Part shown: one piece after another, positions 1-7,799 of the stretch
Numbering within the stretch: the first letter of the stretch is position 1
Layout: every line of letters starts with the position of its first letter
NCBI GenBank assembly: GCA_046757165.1
Contig: JBHHXT010000166.1
Span: 1-10,870, forward strand
Reading direction: 5' to 3'
From: a bacterium
GTDB taxonomy: Bacteria; Zhuqueibacterota; Zhuqueibacteria; Oceanimicrobiales; Oceanimicrobiaceae
Length of the DNA stretch: 10,870 nt
The notes under the pieces: model-generated
The model's database searches: none
Seen by the model: only the letters and a program-made list of their open reading frames with translations
Told to the model about the DNA's origin: nothing
Position numbers and translations under genes: made by a program

Positions 1-1
1 C

Positions 2-2587
2 CAGCCCGGGTTTGCCGAGTTGACGACCTCGATGCCAGGATTCAAAGAGAGCACCTTAGCCTGCGGGGATTATGATAACGACGGTTACCAGGATGTCGTG
101 ATCGCTGGCGTTACAACACCCGGTGTTCATACCGGGTTGTACAAGAATGTCTCCGCTGGCGGCGACTCCGGCGAAAGGGAATTCATCGATAGTGGCGTCC
201 CCCTCAGCGGCGTGCGACGCGGTGCTGTCGCATTTGGCGACGTTGACAATGATGGCGACCTGGACATTCTGTTGTCGGGGTTGACCCGCGAAAATGAAGC
301 CGTGACGGAGATTTTCGTCAATGACAACGGTTTCTTCCGTATGAGCACAGCGGCTCTGGACGGCGTGCGGGAGGCCTCGGTGGCGTGGGGAGACTATGAT
401 AATGATGGATGGTCGGATATCTTGATGGCGGGCCTGGACAACCTGGGCCAACCCGTGACGCGCCTCTACCGCAACCTGTATGGGACTGCGCACGAAATTC
501 AATTCGCCCGAATCCGTCACACCCTGCCCGGTATTTCATCTGGCGCAGTCGCGTGGGGGGACTATGATCGAAACAAAGACGGGGTTGAGGACCTCGATAT
601 CTTGGTAACGGGCGCCGGCCAATCCGGTGGGGTGTCAAAAATATTCCGCAACAACAACCGAAGGAAGAGAAGCGCTCCTGCCGTTCCTGGCAAACTTTCA
701 GCCAGGATCACGTTTGACGCTGCTGAGCTTCGCTGGGAGGCGCCGGACAGCACAATGAATTCCTACAATGTCCGAATCGGCGTCACCGCGGAGGGCGGTG
801 AGATAAGCTCGGGAATGGCCAACCCGGTCGATGGGTTCCGCAAGATACCGGCCCGGGGCAATGTCAAAGGCAACACATTCTTGCAGGTGAATGGTCTGGA
901 AAACCGAACTTACCATTGGACTGTGCAGGCGATCGACCCTGCCTTTGCCGGGAGTGCCTTTGCGCCTGAAAACGAGTTCGCCATTTGTGACAGCCTGATC
1001 GAGAAATTTGAGGTTGTGGATAGCACGGACGCCTCGCTCACTTTGGAGGTGAGCCTCGCTGTTCCTGCAGAGACCATAGCCATCAGATATGGTTCGGACA
1101 AAAGCAGCCTAACGGAGCTCCCAGTTCATTTGACCAACACCACCGGCGGTCTCGTCACCGTCCCGGGACTCGAACAAAACACGCGCTACTATTTCAAACT
1201 CAGAGTCAACGACAGGACGACTTTTGTTGATCTTTGCACGCTCGAATCTGCCCGAACCAGGGTAAGAGCCTGGTCGGAGGCATTCTCAGGGTCTGACAAA
1301 GTCAGAACAATAACCACCGATGACCGGTATACGCTCGTCGGCATCCCCTACGAAGCCGATGCCAACCGGATGAGTCTTGTCTTCCAACGTGAGCAGTACG
1401 ATAAGACCAAACTGCGCGTATTTCGTGTCAACAAGAGCGCCGATGGTTACGAAGAACTGCAGGCAGACTGGCAAAATGAAACCCTGAAGCCCGGTTATTC
1501 TTACCTGGTCAGCTCCCGGGCCAGACTGGCAATCGATGCTGGCGTCGGCAATTCAGTAGAAGACAGGCCTTTTGTCCCTGTGCGTGTCAACCACGATCCC
1601 AGGGTTCCCGGGCCCGTCTGGTTCATGATGGCAAACCCATTCTCGACCGACATGCCGATCACGCAGATTCTTGACTCGGATTTGCTTGCACAGGAGAACG
1701 TGTTTAGATTTGATTCCGGGCGCAGGTCCGATCCGTGGCAAATCGTGGAGGATGGCGTTGTTCGCGCTTATGGCGCGTACCTGATCTGTCTGAAAACGGG
1801 AGGGGACATTCTAATCCGCAATGCTCCCGAGGGCCAGCGTTCAGAAGTGAAGAAGCGTACGCAGCATGATCTCTGGAAGGTGAAGCTCAACCTGCAGGAT
1901 AATGCAGGCAGACCACACCTGCTTTATGCTGGTAGCCACGAAGAGGCATCGATGAGCAGGGACTTCTATGACATCCTCGCGCCGCCGCCCTGGAACAGAA
2001 GCGTTGACGCCTATTTTCTAAACGACTCCTTGCCAGGCGGTTACTTTATCGGGGATTTCCGCCCCCCTGGCCAGCCCTACTACGGATTTCGATTCTTCAT
2101 CTCAGCTCATGGCGAGGGGCCGTTCCAGTTGGCAATCGAACCTGAGGGCCTGCCGGTCAATTTTGACATCCTGCTCGTAGATGAAACCAACAACGTGGCC
2201 GTGGACCCGGGCCAGGTTTTTTTCCACGAAATCGACAACACCTTCAAGATGGTGGTTGCCAGACAAGAGGAGATCGCGAAACAAAAACAAACCCTGAAGG
2301 TCATCCCCGAGCACTTTCAGGTTCATCAAAACTTTCCGAATCCTTTCAACGCCTCAACCTTCATCTCTTACGACCTGCCTGCGTACACCCGGGTCAGCGT
2401 CGCCATTTACAACGTGTTGGGCCAGAAGGTGCGGAGCCTGGTCAGCAACCAGGTACAAATCGGCAGCCAGCAGGTGATTTGGGATGGCCACGATGATTCC
2501 CGCATGCCGGTGGCGAGCGGTATTTATGTCGTCCGCATCGCCTCCGAGTTTGGCACCCTTGCCCGCAAGATGTCCCTGCTGCGCTGA
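2..2587 (+). CDS. Secreted FG-GAP/VCBS-repeat protein with fibronectin type III-like domains and C-terminal T9SS type A sorting/FlgD-Ig domain (5' truncated by window)
   Basis: Frame is open from base 2 (QPGFAELTTSMPG...), so the TTG at 20 is probably not the true start. Repeated GDYDNDG/GDVDNDGDLD/WGDYD motifs. FN3-like segment ELRWEAP...YNVRIG...GLENRTYHWTVQAID and a second one, VPGLEQNTRYYFKL. C-terminus QNFPNPFNASTFISYDLP...IYNVLGQKVRSLV...WDGHDDSRMPVASGIYVVRI. Confidence 0.88.
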   Translation, partial: QPGFAELTTSMPGFKESTLACGDYDNDGYQDVVIAGVTTPGVHTGLYKNVSAGGDSGEREFIDSGVPLSGVRRGAVAFGDVDNDGDLDILLSGLTRENEAVTEIFVNDNGFFRMSTAALDGVREASVAWGDYDNDGWSDILMAGLDNLGQPVTRLYRNLYGTAHEIQFARIRHTLPGISSGAVAWGDYDRNKDGVEDLDILVTGAGQSGGVSKIFRNNNRRKRSAPAVPGKLSARITFDAAELRWEAPDSTMNSYNVRIGVTAEGGEISSGMANPVDGFRKIPARGNVKGNTFLQVNGLENRTYHWTVQAIDPAFAGSAFAPENEFAICDSLIEKFEVVDSTDASLTLEVSLAVPAETIAIRYGSDKSSLTELPVHLTNTTGGLVTVPGLEQNTRYYFKLRVNDRTTFVDLCTLESARTRVRAWSEAFSGSDKVRTITTDDRYTLVGIPYEADANRMSLVFQREQYDKTKLRVFRVNKSADGYEELQADWQNETLKPGYSYLVSSRARLAIDAGVGNSVEDRPFVPVRVNHDPRVPGPVWFMMANPFSTDMPITQILDSDLLAQENVFRFDSGRRSDPWQIVEDGVVRAYGAYLICLKTGGDILIRNAPEGQRSEVKKRTQHDLWKVKLNLQDNAGRPHLLYAGSHEEASMSRDFYDILAPPPWNRSVDAYFLNDSLPGGYFIGDFRPPGQPYYGFRFFISAHGEGPFQLAIEPEGLPVNFDILLVDETNNVAVDPGQVFFHEIDNTFKMVVARQEEIAKQKQTLKVIPEHFQVHQNFPNPFNASTFISYDLPAYTRVSVAIYNVLGQKVRSLVSNQVQIGSQQVIWDGHDDSRMPVASGIYVVRIASEFGTLARKMSLLR

Positions 2588-2599
2588 GCTGAGGGTATT

Positions 2600-2625
2600 C
2601 GGCCGCCGCCGCCCGGCTGCTTTTT
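2600..2625 (+). terminator. Possible intrinsic terminator after the FG-GAP gene
   Basis: cggccg-(8 nt)-cggctg stem with one G-U pair, followed by cttttt, starting 12 nt after the stop codon. Confidence 0.35.
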
Positions 2626-2746
2626 CTCCAGGCCAATCCTCGCGTGAAACAATTTGCTCCTCAACAGCGTTAACGTGATTGCTTGCTTCTATCCAAATAA
2701 GTCAGAGTAGTCCTGTTTTTGAGAACATCATCCGGAGGATCTGCCC

Positions 2747-5587
2747 ATGAAATCCTTATTTATGTGGAGTAGTCTATTCATGCTAATCGCAGCAGGAGGC
2801 GCCATGACCAACGACGACAGCGGAGCGTCCAAGATTTTTCCCTACCGCTATGAAATGAAAGACCTGGCCAACGGATTGCGCGTGATCGTGATCCCCACCG
2901 ACTATCCGAACATCGTCGCGCTGCAAATTCCGGTGCAGACCGGCTCGCGCAACGAGGTGGAACCGGGCAAGTCCGGGTTTGCGCACTTCTTCGAGCACAT
3001 GATGTTTCGCGGCACCGAAAAGTACCCGGCGCACGTCTACAACGAGATTTTGAAGAATGCAGGTGCCGACCAGAACGCTTACACCAGCGATGACCTGACC
3101 AACTACCACATCACATTTTCGAAGGAGGACCTGGAAAAGGTGCTCGAGCTGGAGGCGGACCGGTTTCAACATTTGAAGTACTCGGAAGCGGATTTCAAGA
3201 CTGAGGCCAAAGCGGTCCTGGGGGAGTACAATAAAAACTCGGTCAACCCGGTGCGCAAGTTCATCGAAGTGCAAAGAAACGCCGCCTTCAGGAAACACAC
3301 CTATAAACACACCACCATGGGATTTCTTGAAGACATCGAGGACATGCCCAATCAATACGAGTACAGTCTGAAGTTCTTCGACCGTTACTACCGGCCGGAC
3401 AAGGTGGTCATCATTCTGGCGGGAGATGTTCAGCCGGACCATGCGTTTCGCCTGGTGGAGAAGTACTGGGGCGACTGGCAACCCGGCGACTTCACCGCAG
3501 AGATACCGGCGGAGCCGGAGCCGGACGGCCCGGTCTATGAGCACGTGGACTGGCAGACACCGACGCTGCCCTGGATAACCGTCGCCTTTCACGGCCCGGC
3601 CTTTTCGGAGAGGGAGATTGACATGGCCACCATGGATGTCATCGCCGAGGTGGCTTTTTCCCGCAGCTCGCCGCTCTATCAAAAACTGGTCGTCAAAGAG
3701 CAGAAGGTCGACCAGTTGTGGAGCTACTTCCCCGATCGCACCGACCCCTATTTGCTCACCGTCACGGCCCGGGTCAAGAATGTGGACGACCTCTGGGGGG
3801 TTCGAGATGAAATTCTGAAAACGTTCGCCGATTTGCGCACAGAAAGGGTCGCCAGCAAACGGCTGGCCGATATCAAAGCCAATCTCAAGTACTCCTTCGC
3901 CAACAGCATGGACAACTCCGAAGCCATCGCCAGCGCTCTGGTGCAGTATGTGGCCCGCACACGAGATCCAGAGACCCTAAACCGGGTGTATCGACTCTAT
4001 GACACCATCACGCCAGCGCACGTCAACGAGAAAGCGAACCAGTATTTTACGGACAAGCGGTTGGTGGTGGTCTCACTATCCCATGGACCCTTGCCGCAGG
4101 TCGCGAGCCTGAGCGGATCGATCGATGAGTTGGTGCAAGCGGAGAAGGTCGCCCCGGCCGATATTGCCACGGTCTTGCAACGAAGCGACTCCCCGCTGGT
4201 CAACTTTAGAATTCTGTTCAACATCGGCGCCGCCAGCGACCCTGAGGGCAAGGAAGGTCTGGCGCAGTTGACCGCCGCGATGGTCACCGATGCGAGCAGC
4301 CAGGCCATGAAGTACGAGGAAATACAAAAAGCGCTCTACCCCATGGCCGCGTCTTTCGGAAATCAGGTCGACAAAGAGATGACCGTCTTCCGGGGCACGA
4401 CTCACCGGGACAATCTCAGTGCTTACTATGAGATTGTCTCACAGCAACTGCTCAACCCGGCCTGGGACGAGGCCGATTTCAGGCGCGTCAAGACCAATTT
4501 GATCAACGCCATCAAAGTGAACCTGCGACAGAACAATGATGAAGAGCTTGGCAAAGAAGTGTTGTACGAGTTCATCTACCGGAACCACCCGTACGGCCAT
4601 CTCACCCTCGGCCACGTCAGTGCGCTCCAGAATCTGACCCTGGCGGACGTAAAGGCGTTTCATGGCACCCACTACACCCGTGCGAATGTGGTGCTGGGGC
4701 TGGCGGGCAGTTTTTCAGATGACTTCCTGACGAAGGTGAAAAAAGATTTGAGTCAGCTCCCCGAAGGTGAGCGCGCAGACCTGTCGCTCCCCATGCCGGC
4801 ACAGATCGATGGCCTGCACGCGGAGATCATTCAAAAGGAAACCCGCTCTACTGCGGTCTCGTTTGGCTTTCCGATCGAGGTGACTCGCAGCCATGAAGAT
4901 TTTGCGGCGCTGTGGCTGGCGCGCTCCTATCTTGGCGAGCACCGCTCGACCAACAGCCATCTGTTCCAGCGCATTCGCGAGATCCGCGGCATGAACTACG
5001 GGGACTACGCCTACATCGAGTACTTCCCGCGCGGCATGTTTCAGTTTCACCCGGACCCGAACCTGGGACGGCAGCAGCAGATCTTCCAGGTCTGGATTCG
5101 GCCGGTTGAGACCATTGAAAATGCCCATTTCGCCACCCGCGTGGCCATGTTCGAGCTCAACAAGCTGATCTCCGAGGGCATGACGGAGGAGGATTTCGAA
5201 GCGACCCGGAACTACCTGCTCAAGTTCATCAACATCCTGACCAGAACACAGGACCGGCAGCTTGGCTATGCCCTGGATGGTCGCTACTACAACATGGGCG
5301 AGTTCACCCAAACCCTCGCCCCGAACCTCGAAAAACTGACAGTCGATGAAGTCAACCGTGTGATCAAAAAGCACCTTCAGACCCGGAACGTGAAGTTCGT
5401 TTTCATCACCAAAGATGCAGAGGGGCTGAAGAACCGCCTGGCAAGCAATGCGACTTCTGTCTTGCACTACCAGTCCGAAAAACCCGAAGAGCTGCTGGCC
5501 GAGGACAAGATTATTCAGGACTACAAGCTGGATTTCCAGTCGGACAAAGTGCGGATTCGGCCCCTGGATGAGGTGTTCCTGGACTGA
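2747..5587 (+). CDS. M16 family (insulinase/pitrilysin-like) zinc metallopeptidase, two modules fused in one chain, probable signal peptide
   Basis: GSRNE...SGFAHFFEHMMFRGT (inverted zinc motif HxxEH), NAYTSDD, and downstream E in VLGE. The second half has a degenerate site (GKEGLAQLTAAMV) and IREIRGMNYG. SD GGAGG at 2734-2738 lies 8 nt before the ATG. Hydrophobic N-terminus MKSLFMWSSLFMLIAAGGA. Confidence 0.93.
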   Translation: MKSLFMWSSLFMLIAAGGAMTNDDSGASKIFPYRYEMKDLANGLRVIVIPTDYPNIVALQIPVQTGSRNEVEPGKSGFAHFFEHMMFRGTEKYPAHVYNEILKNAGADQNAYTSDDLTNYHITFSKEDLEKVLELEADRFQHLKYSEADFKTEAKAVLGEYNKNSVNPVRKFIEVQRNAAFRKHTYKHTTMGFLEDIEDMPNQYEYSLKFFDRYYRPDKVVIILAGDVQPDHAFRLVEKYWGDWQPGDFTAEIPAEPEPDGPVYEHVDWQTPTLPWITVAFHGPAFSEREIDMATMDVIAEVAFSRSSPLYQKLVVKEQKVDQLWSYFPDRTDPYLLTVTARVKNVDDLWGVRDEILKTFADLRTERVASKRLADIKANLKYSFANSMDNSEAIASALVQYVARTRDPETLNRVYRLYDTITPAHVNEKANQYFTDKRLVVVSLSHGPLPQVASLSGSIDELVQAEKVAPADIATVLQRSDSPLVNFRILFNIGAASDPEGKEGLAQLTAAMVTDASSQAMKYEEIQKALYPMAASFGNQVDKEMTVFRGTTHRDNLSAYYEIVSQQLLNPAWDEADFRRVKTNLINAIKVNLRQNNDEELGKEVLYEFIYRNHPYGHLTLGHVSALQNLTLADVKAFHGTHYTRANVVLGLAGSFSDDFLTKVKKDLSQLPEGERADLSLPMPAQIDGLHAEIIQKETRSTAVSFGFPIEVTRSHEDFAALWLARSYLGEHRSTNSHLFQRIREIRGMNYGDYAYIEYFPRGMFQFHPDPNLGRQQQIFQVWIRPVETIENAHFATRVAMFELNKLISEGMTEEDFEATRNYLLKFINILTRTQDRQLGYALDGRYYNMGEFTQTLAPNLEKLTVDEVNRVIKKHLQTRNVKFVFITKDAEGLKNRLASNATSVLHYQSEKPEELLAEDKIIQDYKLDFQSDKVRIRPLDEVFLD

Positions 5588-5614
5588 GCGGCTTGCGAAG
5601 ATTCGAAGCCTGGG

Positions 5615-5704
5615 CTGGTTCCCACGCTCTGCGTGCGGAACCAGTATTTGACGCTCCGCGTCAAGTAACGTGACGCAGAGCGTCAAACCCGGGGTTCCAA
5701 CGCA
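5615..5704. repeat. REPIN-like nested palindrome cluster, copy 1 (right arm truncated)
   Basis: ctggttcccacgctctgcgtgcggaaccag (5615-5644), ttgacgc-tcc-gcgtcaa (5648-5664), tgacgc-aga-gcgtca (5671-5685), then a partial ggttccaacgca. Resembles the GTTCCCACGCTCCGCGTGGGAAC / GACGCAGAGCGTC REP type. Confidence 0.8.
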
Positions 5705-5740
5705 AATCCCCCTAAATCCCCCTTTACGAAAGGGGGACTT
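5704..5740. repeat. Second REP-like family: aaatccccct x2 plus tcccccttt-acg-aaaggggga hairpin
   Basis: Perfect 9-bp stem at 5717-5737. Similar to the CCCCCTAAATCCCCCTT..AAGGGGGACTT intergenic repeat recalled from other bacteria. Only its right half (agggggactt) survives at 6001-6010. Confidence 0.7.
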
Positions 5741-5842
5741 TCCGCGCCCTTCGGGCACGGCGCTGCTTTGCTCAAACACGACTGGAAGAAACGATGGCCC
5801 CGAACCTGACAAAGCTGGAAGCCGATCTGTTCAAGAGATTTG
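5731..5842 (+). pseudogene. Diverged duplicate of the murB leader and first 16 codons
   Basis: Aligns to 6001-6114. ATG at 5794 gives MAPNLTKLEADLFKRF versus MurB MDQSLTTLETDLCKRF (10/16 identical). Homology is then cut by REPIN copy 2. Confidence 0.85.
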
Positions 5843-5843
5843 A

Positions 5844-5975
5844 CTGGTTCCCATGCTCCGCGTGGGAACCAGTATTTGACGCTCCGCGTGGGAACCAGTA
5901 TTTGACGCTCCGCGTCAAGTAACGAGACGCAGAGCGTCAAACCCCAGGGGTTCCAACGCAGAGCGTTGGAACCAG
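5844..5975. repeat. REPIN-like nested palindrome cluster, copy 2 (complete; contains a 26-bp internal tandem duplication)
   Basis: Terminal inverted ends ctggttcc...ggaaccag. Outer hairpins at 5844-5872 and 5949-5973 (ggttccaacgc-aga-gcgttggaacc), with an inner pair of gacgc-nnn-gcgtc hairpins. gctccgcgtgggaaccagtatttgac occurs at both 5855-5880 and 5881-5906. Confidence 0.85.
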
Positions 5976-6062
5976 ACTACCAGACTGGCTCGTATACGAC
6001 AGGGGGACTTATCGCGCCCATTCGGGCACGGCGCAGCTTTGCTCAAACACAACTCGAAGAAA

Positions 6063-6977
6063 ATGATGGACCAAAGCCTGACGACCCTGGAAACCGACCT
6101 GTGCAAGAGATTTGGCCCTGAACGCGTTCTCAACAACGAGCCGCTGGCCAGGCACTGCAACTGGCGCGTCGGCGGGCCCGCAGACCTGTTCCTGCGGGTG
6201 CACACCGCGGGGGAATTGATCGCGGCTGTGCAAGCGGCGCAGGAACGGACCGTACCGTTTACCCTTCTCGGATTCGGCGCCAATGTCCTGGTGTCAGACA
6301 AAGGCGTGCGCGGCCTGGTCATCTTGAACCGGGCCCATCGCATTGACTTCCTGGCAGACGCCGTGATTGAAACCGATTCAGGAACCAACCTCGCAGTGCT
6401 CGCCAAGGAAGCGGCCAAGAACGGTGTCGGCGGTCTCGAGTTCCTGGTCGGCATCCCGGGAACGGTGGGCGCCGCCGTCGCCGGCAACGCCGGGACGCGC
6501 ACGGAGTGGATCAGCGCCATCGTTGTCAGTGCTCTGGTGCTGGCAAAAGACGGGGGCACCAGGTGGCTGAGCCCGTCGGACCTCGCCTTTTCCTACCGCA
6601 ACAGCGTGCTGAAGCAGAGCGGTGAAACGGTGGTGACCGCCAGGCTGAAAGGCACTCCAGATAGTCCAGAAAATATTGAACAGAAAATGGCCGACCACCT
6701 GCAAGTCCGCAAACACCAGCCGACCGGGCCCAGCACCGGGTCTGTCTTTGCCAATCCCGAAGGAGATTTCGCCGGCAGGCTGATCGAGGCCTGCGGGTTG
6801 AACGGGATTCAAATCGGCGGCGCCCGAGTTTCCGAAAAGCACGCGAACTTCATTCTTAATGTTAGCGATGCCAAAGCCACCGACATGAAGAAAGTCATCG
6901 ATCATATCAAAGTAGAAGTGGAGAAGCGGTTTGGCGTGAAATTAGAAGAAGAAATCCGCTATCTCGGAGAGTGGTAG
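6063..6977 (+). CDS. murB: UDP-N-acetylenolpyruvoylglucosamine reductase (UDP-N-acetylmuramate dehydrogenase)
   Basis: Motifs WRVGGPAD, LGFGANVLVSDKG, GLEFLVGIPGTVG, FSYRNS, PSTGSVFANP, IGGARVSEKHANFI, LEEEIRYLG. Start is ATG 6063 or 6066; the upstream duplicate retains only the ATG equivalent to 6066. The TTG at 6039 is less likely. Confidence 0.95.
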   Translation: MMDQSLTTLETDLCKRFGPERVLNNEPLARHCNWRVGGPADLFLRVHTAGELIAAVQAAQERTVPFTLLGFGANVLVSDKGVRGLVILNRAHRIDFLADAVIETDSGTNLAVLAKEAAKNGVGGLEFLVGIPGTVGAAVAGNAGTRTEWISAIVVSALVLAKDGGTRWLSPSDLAFSYRNSVLKQSGETVVTARLKGTPDSPENIEQKMADHLQVRKHQPTGPSTGSVFANPEGDFAGRLIEACGLNGIQIGGARVSEKHANFILNVSDAKATDMKKVIDHIKVEVEKRFGVKLEEEIRYLGEW

Positions 6978-7155
6978 GGCCCTACGCATTCGTCGCTCAT
7001 CCTGTCCCGAAACAAGAAAGCGCCGATATCTCTCTCTGTCGCCGTGCAAGCTTTTTCAAAAAGAGAAATATCGACGCAAGTATTCCTTTTACACTCCTTC
7101 GCAACATTTATTCCCAACAAACAGATATTCTGACCAAACCCATCGACTTTGCGGC

Positions 7156-7749
7156 GCTGACGTCCGCGCCTATATCCGCGGGCAGTTGGAAGCGGAGTAC
7201 GCTATCCTGGAAGTTGCGGATGGCGAGGCGGGCATTGCCCAGGCGATCGAAGCCATTCCGGATCTGGTGATCAGCGTGTCATGATGCCGAAAAAAGACGG
7301 CTATGAAGTCTGTCGTACCCTGAAAACCGACGCCGATGCGTATGTGCTGAAGCCTTTTCGGCAGAAAGAGCTGGCTGTGCGGGTGCGCAAGCTCATCGAG
7401 CTACGCCGGAAACTGCGCCAGCGCTACAGCACTGCCACCGTTATCAAGCCCGCTGAAGTCGAAGCCAACCTGGGCGAAGAGGAATTCAGCGTCGAAACCC
7501 TGGCTGGCCAGGCGGCGATGAGCCTCCCCCAGCTCAACCGCAAGCTCAACGCCCTGATCGGCCAGCCAGCCGGCCAGATGCTCCGCTCCATGCGCTTGCA
7601 GCGCGCCGCCGATTTGCTGGCGAAGAAATCCGGCAATGTTGCTGAAATCTGCTACGTGGTCGGCTTCAGCGATCAGGCCAATTTCACCCGCAGTCAAAAA
7701 GCAGTTTGGGTGCTCGCCTTTGGAGTATCAAAAGACCCACCAGGAATGA
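7156..7749 (+). pseudogene. Remnant of the receiver + AraC-HTH C-terminus of a hybrid two-component regulator
   Basis: Frame 1 from 7156 reads ADVRAYIRGQLEAEYAILEVADGEAGIAQAIEAIPDLVIS. A 1-nt loss at 7276-7277 is followed by VMMPKKDGYEVCRTLKTD/ADAYVLKPF...FSVETLA...QLNRKLNAL...RLQRAADLL...VGFSDQANFTRS. After a 2-nt loss near 7695 it continues KKQFGCSPLEYQKTHQE to TGA at 7747-7749. No start codon or N-terminal part is present. Confidence 0.88.
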
Positions 7750-7799
7750 CAGAAAGATGGAGGACAGAAAAATGTTTGCCTCACCTTGGTAATTAAACC

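Noticed and set aside
2783..5812. Long antisense ORFs (299 aa at 2783-3682, 365 aa at 4715-5812) and similar ones opposite murB and the other genes
   Set aside because: Shadow frames of well-supported GC-rich genes with no recognisable motifs.
5683..5940. 85-aa minus-strand ORF
   Set aside because: Translation of REP repeats (WFPRGAWEP, SPPFVKGDLGG are repeat-derived peptides).
5615..5975. CRISPR array
   Set aside because: The repeats are nested palindromes and adjacent tandem copies without unique, regularly sized spacers, and there are no cas genes.
5971..5986. accagact repeated twice at the REPIN right end as a target-site duplication
   Set aside because: Both copies are on the same side of the element, so this is a local slippage rather than a flanking TSD.
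5731..6114. Diverged repeat pair as a DGR template/variable repeat
   Set aside because: Mismatches are not adenine-specific (t/a, c/t, g/c, t/g and indels occur), and there is no reverse transcriptase in the window. The same holds for the AraC copies.
6971..7270. 99-aa ORF after murB
   Set aside because: Its 3' half is an off-frame reading of the receiver-domain remnant, and there is no protein-like signal.
7532..7550. gctcaac-cgcaa-gctcaac resembles an integron attC left end (RYYYAAC + 5 nt + L box)
   Set aside because: No complementary right arm ending in GTTRRRY was found at a suitable distance and no integrase is present. The sequence is explained by the LNRKLN codons of the HTH, and copies 2 and 3 have indels in it.
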